Source: Gemmatimonadota bacterium
Lineage (GTDB): Bacteria; Gemmatimonadota; Gemmatimonadetes; Gemmatimonadales; Gemmatimonadaceae
Assembly (NCBI GenBank): GCA_003131365.1
Contig: PKVB01000165.1
Location: forward strand, 32,785 to 65,208
Reading direction: 5' to 3'
Length of the DNA stretch: 32,424 nt
Position numbers and translations under genes: made by a program. Numbering within the stretch: position 1 is the first letter of the stretch; each line of letters begins with the position of its first letter. Below the pieces are notes generated by a model. It had not been told where the DNA came from, ran no database searches, and saw nothing but the letters and a program-made list of their open reading frames with translations. Of this stretch, positions 17,849 through 25,495 are shown piece by piece.

Positions 17849-18482
17849 GCTGATGACGGAAGAAGTACAGGTATGGGTGGCGTCTCTCGACGTGACTGAC
17901 GAGCGGTACGACACCCTCGCGCGCGTGCTGCCCTCCGAGGAAAAGGACCGCGCCGCGAGCCTCACGCCGATTGCGGCGCGACGCTTCGTGGTCGCGCGCG
18001 GCATTCTGCGCACTCTCCTGTCCGGCTTTACGGGCACGTCCGCGGCAAAGCTGCGCTTCAGCTACGGGAATTCTGGAAAGCCTTCGCTCATCGATCGCGA
18101 CGACATCCACTTCAACATCTCGCACTCGGCTGATCTCGGGTTGTTCGCGTTCGCGCCGGATCGTCCCGTGGGCGTGGATGTGGAGCACGAGCGGCCGGTG
18201 AGGCGCCTGCTCGACGTGGCCCAGCGTTTCATGTCCGACGACGAGCTCCGCTCCCTCGTCGACACGTCGCCCGACGAGCGAGATGCGGCGTTTCTGAAGT
18301 CGTGGGTCGTGCGCGAAGCGCGTCTCAAGGCGGAAGGGAAAGGCGTCTGGTCGGGGTCGGAACACATCAACCCACGCCCGAGCCTCACGCACAAGCTTTT
18401 CGCGCCGCGCCCCCGCTACATCGCCGCGATCGCGGCTCCCGAATCCGACTGGAGGCTCTACACCTGCGCAATGAAGGACTAG
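17835..18482 (+). CDS. 4'-phosphopantetheinyl transferase, Sfp/HetI type
   Basis: GKP, FNISHS, VGVDVE, WVVREARLKAEGKG. Start uncertain (TTG 17826, TTG 17835 or ATG 17853). Confidence 0.9.
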   Translation: MTSLELMTEEVQVWVASLDVTDERYDTLARVLPSEEKDRAASLTPIAARRFVVARGILRTLLSGFTGTSAAKLRFSYGNSGKPSLIDRDDIHFNISHSADLGLFAFAPDRPVGVDVEHERPVRRLLDVAQRFMSDDELRSLVDTSPDERDAAFLKSWVVREARLKAEGKGVWSGSEHINPRPSLTHKLFAPRPRYIAAIAAPESDWRLYTCAMKD

Positions 18483-18660
18483 CAGGCGCGACAAGCGTTC
18501 GCCCGAAATAGCCTGTCCCTGGCAGGGCATTGCCATACCCTTACCTAGCCGGCTTTGCGCTCGCTGAGCACAGCCAACTTATTTAGATGCCTGACACCGG
18601 GGACGGTGTCACGGAACCGGTCACGGCTCCGACCTGGATCGAACTCGACGAGGAGGTAGG

Positions 18661-19080
18661 ATGGGGAAGATTTCCGGTTTGTTTGGTGCGCTGATTCTTG
18701 TGCTCACTACGGTTTCATGCGGTGGATCGACTGGTCCCGGTGGCGGTGGCGGTGGCGGCGGCGGCGGGGGTGGTGGCGGAGGCGTCTGCGCACTGAACAC
18801 CTTCTGCATGACCATCAGCAACACATTCTCGCCGACGACGCTGACGGTTGGGGTCGGCACGACGGTCACATGGGAGAACGACTCTGGCCAGCAGCACAAC
18901 GTGACCTGGAACGATGCCGCCGGGCTGAACGCCGCACTTGCGGGTGATGGCACTGGTGATATCGGTGTCAACGACATCTTCAACACCGGCACGCACACGC
19001 GACTGTTCAACACTGCCGGCACCTACGCATTTCACTGTAGCATCCATCCGGGGATGAACGGCACACTCACCGTCCAGTAA
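18661..19080 (+). CDS. Plastocyanin/azurin-family cupredoxin lipoprotein with poly-Gly linker
   Basis: AGGAGG RBS; lipobox TVSC; 15 Gly; FSPTTLTV..GTTVTW, HNV, HCSIHPGM type-1 Cu ligands. Confidence 0.9.
   Translation: MGKISGLFGALILVLTTVSCGGSTGPGGGGGGGGGGGGGGGVCALNTFCMTISNTFSPTTLTVGVGTTVTWENDSGQQHNVTWNDAAGLNAALAGDGTGDIGVNDIFNTGTHTRLFNTAGTYAFHCSIHPGMNGTLTVQ
18739..18783 (+). repeat. GGN trinucleotide run encoding 15 Gly
   Basis: GGT GGC GGT GGC GGT GGC GGC GGC GGC GGG GGT GGT GGC GGA GGC. Confidence 0.9.
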
Positions 19081-19086
19081 TCCCGT

Positions 19087-20523
19087 CTAGAAGAAAGAGA
19101 CTCCGTCCAGGGTCTTCGGAGCCGTGATACCGAGCGCGGCAAGAGCGCTCGGCATCACATCCACCGTGCGCCGGGGTATGCCAGTTGGCGGCCGGTTCAA
19201 CAGCAGCGGCACGAGCATGTGCTCCCGATGCAGCGCTCCATGCGACGAGACGTGTGGAATCGGCTCGTATCGGGCTCGGTAATCCCAGTCCCTCGCGGCT
19301 GAAAGAATGATGTCGCCGCTCCGCGGGGATGCAACGAGATGCGCGATCTGCACGATCGCATCGGGATAGTCACTTTCGAACGTGAGGTCGTAGGCTTCGT
19401 CGTCGCCAATGGATTTCTGCTCTCCGATTCCGAGCGGATCACCGGTGCGGGGCGTGTAGGAATACCTTGCCTCGCTCCATGCAAGCATCGCGGCCCCCCG
19501 GCCCCGCCCGCGAATCTCGCACGAGCCCGGGCTGGTGGGGAGAATCAACAGATCGACCGATTGGCGGGAGAGGAGTCTCTCCGACAGATCGTTCCATCTG
19601 CCGCCGAGCGCCGGCCACCACGGGCGAGTTTTTTGATCAATGTCCAGGTACAGGTGCGCCATCGCGTTGCCGCTCACCATCACGGCGATGTCGGCGGACG
19701 TATTAAATGCCCACGGGTGGGCGAGTGTGCTGTATCCCCACTCGGCGAACAGCGCGACGAGATCCTCGTGCTCGCGCACGGACGAATGTCCGTGATCGCT
19801 TCCTACCCACAGGCTCATTTTCTTCCACCGTCCATCGCGCTCCGCATCGGAGCGGATCTCCGCGACGGTGTCATTCACGATCCGCATCGCATCGCTGACG
19901 ATCTGCGCATCTTGACCCTCGGCGTGGGACGTCTTGTCTATTCCGGTCAGGGCGATGAAAGCGAACCTCGTTCGCTGCTTGCGCAGGCGCAGGGCCGCTT
20001 CCTCTCCCACCAGCCGGTCGATCGCCAGCCAACCGCGCACGTTGCCGCGAAAGTGCGTTGCGGCCGCGCGCGCGACGAATGCCGCGCTCTGGCCGATGCG
20101 CTCACGGCGCCGAAGGCCCCGCCCGATCACGCTCAGCGCGCCGAGGCTAGGCTTGGCGAGCTCGAAGATGGTCGGCGACACGCGGTCGATGTCGCGATCC
20201 ACGAACCGCATCTCGGGGCCGACGTAACTGCGCGCGTGTCCCGACAGTCTCGCGATGCGCCGCGAGCGATCGTACCACCGCAGTCCGGGAAGTCCGATGC
20301 TCCCCGGATATCTTCCCATCAGGAATGGCGCGTACGCCGGACCCGTGACGGACGGAAACGCCGACGTGATCGTGGAGAGCTGTCCTTCTTCCCGAAGTGC
20401 CGCGAGCGCCGGCGAATGACCGCCGTCGATGGAGCGAGTGAGCGCATCGGGTCTCACCCCATCCGCTATGATCACGACGACTTGCGCGCCATCACCTGGC
20501 GGGCTTTGTGCAGACCCACGCAA
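19087..20523 (-). CDS. Alkaline phosphatase superfamily protein (nucleotide pyrophosphatase/phosphodiesterase-like)
   Basis: VIIADG, FPSVT nucleophile region, DKTSH, SDHG, SHGAL. Start codon uncertain. Confidence 0.88.
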   Translation of the reverse strand: MRGSAQSPPGDGAQVVVIIADGVRPDALTRSIDGGHSPALAALREEGQLSTITSAFPSVTGPAYAPFLMGRYPGSIGLPGLRWYDRSRRIARLSGHARSYVGPEMRFVDRDIDRVSPTIFELAKPSLGALSVIGRGLRRRERIGQSAAFVARAAATHFRGNVRGWLAIDRLVGEEAALRLRKQRTRFAFIALTGIDKTSHAEGQDAQIVSDAMRIVNDTVAEIRSDAERDGRWKKMSLWVGSDHGHSSVREHEDLVALFAEWGYSTLAHPWAFNTSADIAVMVSGNAMAHLYLDIDQKTRPWWPALGGRWNDLSERLLSRQSVDLLILPTSPGSCEIRGRGRGAAMLAWSEARYSYTPRTGDPLGIGEQKSIGDDEAYDLTFESDYPDAIVQIAHLVASPRSGDIILSAARDWDYRARYEPIPHVSSHGALHREHMLVPLLLNRPPTGIPRRTVDVMPSALAALGITAPKTLDGVSFF

Positions 20524-20536
20524 CTTTAGTTTCCCT

Positions 20537-20662
20537 GTGAAGAGAGCCCGAAGGATCGTTCTCTGTTGGATTGAAGATGGTTCTACAGGACCGTCTCTGC
20601 TGAATTGAAGATGGTTCGGCAGGCTCTTTCACTGTCGGTTCAAGACGGTTCGCCAAGCCCGC
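20537..20662 (+). repeat. Degenerate 34-nt tandem hairpin repeats in the LOG-DHS leader
   Basis: TTGAAGATGGTTC at 20571 and 20605, TTCAAGACGGTTC at 20639, GTGAAGA at 20537: exact 34-nt spacing. Confidence 0.7.
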
Positions 20663-20676
20663 GTCAGCGGCCAACG

Positions 20677-21672
20677 ATGAAGAAAAGAAAAGATAAATCC
20701 AACGACCGCCCGACGAATTCGGGTGGCACGCGGTCAACGCGGGCGCGCACCGCCGGCGGCAAGAAGCTTAATCCCGAGGTGATGGCCTCCGCCGAGCAAA
20801 AGGCGCTCGAGGGACTCAAGCAGAGGACAGAGGAAGGGCATCTCAAAGCGGGAAGAACCCCACCGTCACAGCAAGGAGCGGGAAAACTGGCGGTCAAGAC
20901 GCGCACGGTCGATGAGGCCATTCGCGACTCCTCGCCCGTCACCGAAGACGAAAAGCTCCTGCAGCAGTCGGGGCCGCGCACTGATTTCACGAGAACGGAC
21001 CCGTGGCGCGTGTTGCGCATCATGGGTGAGTTCATCGATGGATTCGACACGCTCGCGTCCGTCGAGAAAGCGGTTACGATCTTCGGTTCGGCGCGCATCG
21101 GGCCCGACGACCCCCACTACGATGCGGCGGTGGAAACAGCGCGCCTCCTGGCGGTGGCGGGCTTCGACATCATCACGGGTGCCGGACCCGGCATCATGGA
21201 AGCCGGAAACAAGGGTGCGCGGCTGGGTGGCGGCCGGTCCATCGGCTGCAACATCGAGCTGCCGTTCGAGCAGGGCGCGAACCCGTACGTCGACACGCTC
21301 ATCCACTTCAAGTATTTCTTCGTCCGGAAGACGATGTTCATCAAGTACTCGGTGGCGTTCGTCATCTTCCCGGGCGGTTTCGGCACGCTCGACGAGTTGT
21401 TCGAGGCACTCACACTCATTCAGACGGGGAAGATCTACAGGTTTCCCGTCATTCTCTTCGGCCGCTACTACTGGGCGGGATTGCTGCGGTGGTTGCAGGC
21501 TCGAGTCCTGAGCGAGGGCAAAATTTCGGATGGAGATCTGGATCTCATGCTCGTAACGGATGATCCGGCGGAAGCGGCAAATGCGATCATCTCGGCGTAC
21601 AAGTCGCTGGGCAAGACCGCCGGACAACAATTCGAGGAAGTCGTGGAAGGACCAGATGGCAAAAGGAAGTAA
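20677..21672 (+). CDS. LOG family (TIGR00730) Rossmann-fold nucleotide phosphoribohydrolase-like protein with long basic N-terminal extension
   Basis: [51 protein letters not shown]. Start set at ATG 20677. Confidence 0.92.
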   Translation: MKKRKDKSNDRPTNSGGTRSTRARTAGGKKLNPEVMASAEQKALEGLKQRTEEGHLKAGRTPPSQQGAGKLAVKTRTVDEAIRDSSPVTEDEKLLQQSGPRTDFTRTDPWRVLRIMGEFIDGFDTLASVEKAVTIFGSARIGPDDPHYDAAVETARLLAVAGFDIITGAGPGIMEAGNKGARLGGGRSIGCNIELPFEQGANPYVDTLIHFKYFFVRKTMFIKYSVAFVIFPGGFGTLDELFEALTLIQTGKIYRFPVILFGRYYWAGLLRWLQARVLSEGKISDGDLDLMLVTDDPAEAANAIISAYKSLGKTAGQQFEEVVEGPDGKRK

Positions 21673-22945
21673 GGGCAACGGAGAGGGGCGAGAGCGCGGC
21701 GGCTTCAAGTCGTCGCGGCACGGCAAGTCGTCGGCGGCCGGACCCAAGGCGCAGCAGAAGCTCGCGGCGGAAGAGCGGGAGAAGAAGGGAGTACAGCACA
21801 CCGCGCACGAGACCAGCCGCTTTCTCAAGGGACAGCGCATCGATCCTCGCCGCATCGATGGCAAGGAAACAGTCGCCGAGCTGATCGACGGAACGTACCT
21901 CGCCTACAACGCCGCGCGACTTCGCGAGGCTTGCCAGCTCTTCACCGGAAAGATGCTCGAACCCGATGTCACGGTCGGGCTCTCGATCACCGGCGCGCTC
22001 ACTCCGGCGGGGCTGGGAATGTCGGCCCTCATTCCGCTCATAGAAGGAGGATTCGTCGACTGGATCATTTCTACCGGCGCGAATCTCTACCACGACACGC
22101 ACTTCGGGCTCGGGCTCGCGATGCATCGCGGCAACGCGCAAGAGTCAGACGTCGTGTTGCGCGAGGAAGGAGTCGTCCGCATCTACGACATCTTCTTCGA
22201 CTACGATGTGCTTCTCTCGACCGATGCTTTCTTCCGGAAGATCATCACCGGAAAGGAATTCCAGCGAGCGATGTCGAGCGCGGAGTTTCACAACCTCGCC
22301 GGCAAGTACGTTCGCGAGCGTGAGAAGGCGCTCGGCATTGGGCAGAAGTCGCTGCTCTCGGCCGCTTACTCCGCCGCGGTACCAATCTACACGTCGTCGC
22401 CAGGCGACAGCTCGATCGGAATGAACATCGCGGCGCTGGCGCTCGACGGGAACAAGCTGCTGCTGGATCCCAACCGCGATGTAAACGAGACGGCTTCGAT
22501 CGTTCTCGATGCGAAGCGCGGTGGAGGGAAGAGCGGCGTCATGATTCTCGGTGGTGGTAGCCCCAAGAATTTCATGCTGCAGACCGAGCCGCAGATCCAG
22601 GAGGTTCTCGGAATCGACGAAAAGGGACACGACTTCTTCCTCCAGATCACGGACGCGCGCCCGGACACGGGCGGTCTTTCCGGGGCGACGCCGGCGGAAG
22701 CGGTGAGTTGGGGCAAGATCGATCCTGACCGACTTCCGGATGCGGTGGTTTGCTACCTGGATTCGACGGTCGCGCTGCCACTGCTCACGTCCTACGCTTT
22801 TGCGCGGCACCAGCCGCGGCCGTTGAAGAGGCTGTTCGACCGACGGGAAGCAATGATGTCGAAGCTGAGGGAGGAGTACGAGAAGTCGTCGGCCCAGCCG
22901 GCAGCCATCGATCACACGGATTCGAAGCTTCCGCAGCACCGATAG
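21656..22945 (+). CDS. Deoxyhypusine synthase-like protein (probable homospermidine synthase, SpeY-like)
   Basis: [47 protein letters not shown] with the catalytic Lys retained; ATG 21656 overlaps the LOG end. Confidence 0.92.
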   Translation: MAKGSKGNGEGRERGGFKSSRHGKSSAAGPKAQQKLAAEEREKKGVQHTAHETSRFLKGQRIDPRRIDGKETVAELIDGTYLAYNAARLREACQLFTGKMLEPDVTVGLSITGALTPAGLGMSALIPLIEGGFVDWIISTGANLYHDTHFGLGLAMHRGNAQESDVVLREEGVVRIYDIFFDYDVLLSTDAFFRKIITGKEFQRAMSSAEFHNLAGKYVREREKALGIGQKSLLSAAYSAAVPIYTSSPGDSSIGMNIAALALDGNKLLLDPNRDVNETASIVLDAKRGGGKSGVMILGGGSPKNFMLQTEPQIQEVLGIDEKGHDFFLQITDARPDTGGLSGATPAEAVSWGKIDPDRLPDAVVCYLDSTVALPLLTSYAFARHQPRPLKRLFDRREAMMSKLREEYEKSSAQPAAIDHTDSKLPQHR

Positions 22946-23010
22946 ATCGGGGCGGTCGGCGTCATGTTCCGGAGCGCCCCTCTCTCGATGCGCTTCGCAT
23001 GGCCGGGTGA

Positions 23011-23039
23011 TTGCCTCCCGGTGACGGACTCCCTAGCTT
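23011..23039 (+). promoter_or_regulatory. Candidate sigma70 promoter of greA
   Basis: TTGCCT (23011-16), 17-nt spacer, TAGCTT (23034-39). Confidence 0.6.
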
Positions 23040-23044
23040 GGATT

Positions 23045-23086
23045 AGCGGGCGCCCGGCCTTTCATCGCAGTCGGGCGCTCGTTTTT
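23045..23086 (+). terminator. Intrinsic terminator-like hairpin in the greA leader
   Basis: AGCGGGCGCCCGGC / GTCGGGCGCTCGTT stem running into TTTTT. Confidence 0.7.
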
Positions 23087-23124
23087 CGGTAAGGGCGCAG
23101 CACCCTCTGGAAGGCTCGAGTCGC

Positions 23125-23595
23125 ATGATCGAACAACTCAAGATAAAACTTGGAGAGGAGGCCCAACGCCTCCAGCACGAGCTGAGCGTCGTGCTGCCGC
23201 AGGAGATTCGCAAAGCCGTCGAGCTCGGCGATCTCCGTGAGAACAGCGAGTATAAAGCTGCGCTCGAGCGACAGCAGTTCGTACAGGCTCGGCTGGGCCA
23301 GCTGCGCCAGCGGCTGAGTAAGCTGTCGCAGATCGACGTGTCACAGATTCCGTCGGACAAGATCGGACTCGGCTCGCAGGTGGTGGTGCAGGACGAGAAG
23401 ACCGGTGAGCGCGAGAGCTATAGCCTCGTCTTCGGCGACTCGGTCGAGTTCGAGGAGGGGCACGTGAGCATGTCGTCGCCGATCGGCAAGACGCTGGTGG
23501 GAAGAAGCGTCGGCGAGACCGTTGTGCTCAAGCTTCCGGCTTCGACACGTCGCCTCAAGATCATCCAGCTCAAGACCATACACGACGCGGCGTGA
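23125..23595 (+). CDS. greA: Transcription elongation factor GreA
   Basis: GDLRENSEY acidic tip motif; VSMSSPIGKTLVGRSVGETV C-terminal motif. Confidence 0.92.
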   Translation: MIEQLKIKLGEEAQRLQHELSVVLPQEIRKAVELGDLRENSEYKAALERQQFVQARLGQLRQRLSKLSQIDVSQIPSDKIGLGSQVVVQDEKTGERESYSLVFGDSVEFEEGHVSMSSPIGKTLVGRSVGETVVLKLPASTRRLKIIQLKTIHDAA

Positions 23596-23603
23596 GTAGT
23601 CAC

Positions 23604-23625
23604 GGGGGGCGACTAATTGCCCCCC
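23604..23625 (+). terminator. GC-rich hairpin after greA
   Basis: GGGGGGCGA-CTAA-TTGCCCCCC; only a weak U-tract follows. Confidence 0.5.
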
Positions 23626-23739
23626 ACTCACCGCCTGTTTGCGGTCGTCCACCGTCACGCGCGGTCAAGGCGCTTGTTGCGCCCTGCGCACGTGGGTAGC
23701 GTCTCCTCAGAAACCAGATGCGTCGGGAGGCGTTTCACT

Positions 23740-24144
23740 ATGAAGGGTGTTCTTGTAATGCTGGCAGTTGCTTCGCTTTGCGGGTGCGGTGGTGGGGGCG
23801 GCGGAAGTGCCGCCGGCCCATCAACAAACAATGGCGTCAATACCCCTCCGCCGGCCGGAGGAATCTCAGTCAACAACGACGCGTTCTCGCCCGCGACGAA
23901 ATCCATCACTGCTGGAACCAGCCTTCAGTGGGCATGGAACTCGTGCACGAGCGGCGATCCCTACAGTGGCACTGGCCAGACGTGCGTGGAACACAGTGTG
24001 ACCTTCGACGACGGATCCGCTTCGTCGGCGCTGCAGAGTCAGGGAACGTTCAGCAAGACGTTCAACACCCCAGGTACCTACACGTATCACTGCCAGGTAC
24101 ACGGGACAATGGGGATGACGGGAACGATCACGGTCACCCAGTAA
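23740..24144 (+). CDS. Second plastocyanin/azurin-family cupredoxin lipoprotein
   Basis: GGAGG RBS; lipobox LCGC followed by a Gly run; HSVTF and YHCQVHGTMGM Cu ligands. Start reassigned to ATG 23740. Confidence 0.9.
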   Translation: MKGVLVMLAVASLCGCGGGGGGSAAGPSTNNGVNTPPPAGGISVNNDAFSPATKSITAGTSLQWAWNSCTSGDPYSGTGQTCVEHSVTFDDGSASSALQSQGTFSKTFNTPGTYTYHCQVHGTMGMTGTITVTQ

Positions 24145-24155
24145 TCGCCGACTGG

Positions 24156-24824
24156 TCAGCCGTGAGCGGTCGTTCGGGCTCTGTGGTCTGAAGAAATCTC
24201 GAAGCAGCACTTTGGACGTCCTGAACGATCGCACCGCTCCGTCACTTCCGCGCCGACCACTTCGGCCACCAGGGTAGTGACGGCCGCACAAACGCAATGA
24301 TCCGCCTCCACAGCCCGCGACAGCGGACACGCGCGTCCGACAATACGGTACGTGCGGCCTGATTTCTCGACCGACGTTATTCCGCCAAGAGCGTTGAGCA
24401 AATCCGAGGCGCCGTTCACGCGTGATGAAAGCGGGCCCTCCGATTGGCTGAATCCGCGCGCGAGCCGCTTACCGACGCGCTTAAGAAAAGCGACGACCTG
24501 CGGCGTCGAGGTCCGGTCGCGGAGCTCCTCGAGGCACGCGATCAGCACCGGCGCGTACGCCCGCGAAAAGGCTTCCTCTCCCCCCGGGCTGAGCGAGTAG
24601 ATCGATGCTGGTTGTCCCACGACGCCGATCTTCCGTACTCGTTCCTTGCGCACGGTTCCCGAGCGCTCGAGCGCGTCCAGATGAAAGCGCACCGCGTTGT
24701 CGGTGACACCGAGGCGTTCGGCGAGGTCGTCGACGGTCCACGCGCTCTCTCGCAAGAGGGCGAGGAGTCGATCTCGCGTCGCGTCGGCGCGGAGCTTCGT
24801 AGATGGGCGGCGCGTTTCAGTCAT
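24156..24824 (-). CDS. HTH transcriptional regulator, SufR-like with Cys-rich C-terminal domain
   Basis: TRDRLLALL..TVDDLAERLGVTDNAVRFHLDALE HTH; C-terminal ACPL..HCVC..ERC..KCC. Confidence 0.85.
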   Translation of the reverse strand: MTETRRPSTKLRADATRDRLLALLRESAWTVDDLAERLGVTDNAVRFHLDALERSGTVRKERVRKIGVVGQPASIYSLSPGGEEAFSRAYAPVLIACLEELRDRTSTPQVVAFLKRVGKRLARGFSQSEGPLSSRVNGASDLLNALGGITSVEKSGRTYRIVGRACPLSRAVEADHCVCAAVTTLVAEVVGAEVTERCDRSGRPKCCFEISSDHRARTTAHG

Positions 24825-24833
24825 TTGCCCTCC

Positions 24834-24899
24834 AATTTACCGCCATCCGCCGAATAAGTCAAAGCAAACCTTGACTTATCTGCATGGACTGAATAGTGT
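24834..24899. promoter_or_regulatory. Divergent sigma70 promoters with central operator palindrome
   Basis: ATAAGTCAA-N8-TTGACTTAT (24854-24879). Plus strand: TTGACT-17-TAGTGT (24894-99). Minus strand: TTGACT-17-TAAATT (24839-34). Confidence 0.8.
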
Positions 24900-24946
24900 G
24901 CGGCTGCAAGGAATCTCACGCTCGGTTTCTCTCTCGGAGGTTTTGA

Positions 24947-25495
24947 ATGATTTCGCAGAACCGCACTATCAGATATGGCACCATGGCAGCATTGGCCGTC
25001 GCTTTTGGATTGCCTGTCGTGGCGGCGCGATCCCAGTCCGGCGCCCCCAAGCTCGACGATCCTACGATCGTCGCGATATTCGATGCCGCCAACACGTATG
25101 ATATGGAGACGGGAGCGCTCGCCGTAAACAAAGGCCATTCAAAGGCGGTTCGTGATTTTGGAACAATGCTCGTTCGAGACCACCGGAACGTCCGGCAGCA
25201 GGGCCGGGATTTGGCGAAGTCACTCAAGGTGACCCCCACTCCACCCCGGGACTTCCCCTTGGCCAAGGCGCACGTAGCAGCCATGCGGAATCTTCGCGGC
25301 CTCCATGGAAGCGCATTCGACCGCGCCTTCCTCAATCACGAAGTTGATTTTCATAACGCGGTGATCGATGCCGTGACAAACACGCTGCTGCCGGCGACTC
25401 AAAATGCGCAGGTAAAAGATCTGGAGACCAAGGTTGCGCCGGCTTTCGTGGCCCACCGTGATCTGGCCCAAAGACTGCTCAACAAGCAGAAGTGA
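24947..25495 (+). CDS. DUF4142 domain-containing secreted protein
   Basis: GGAGG RBS; signal peptide; VRDFGTMLVRDH, GSAFDRAFLNHEVDFH, AFVAHRDLA. Confidence 0.88.
   Translation: MISQNRTIRYGTMAALAVAFGLPVVAARSQSGAPKLDDPTIVAIFDAANTYDMETGALAVNKGHSKAVRDFGTMLVRDHRNVRQQGRDLAKSLKVTPTPPRDFPLAKAHVAAMRNLRGLHGSAFDRAFLNHEVDFHNAVIDAVTNTLLPATQNAQVKDLETKVAPAFVAHRDLAQRLLNKQK

Noticed and set aside
18520-18535. Sigma54 promoter (TGGCA...TTGC)
   Set aside because: GG-to-GC spacing is 9 nt on both strands rather than the required 10.
20577-20603. Tiny ORF MVLQDRLC inside the 34-nt repeat array as a leader peptide
   Set aside because: It has no clear RBS or telling codon run, and is adequately explained by the ATG inside the repeat core.
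20537-20662. CRISPR mini-array or type III toxin-antitoxin locus
   Set aside because: There are no unique spacers of CRISPR size, no cas genes, and no ToxN/AbiQ-like gene or intervening terminator downstream.
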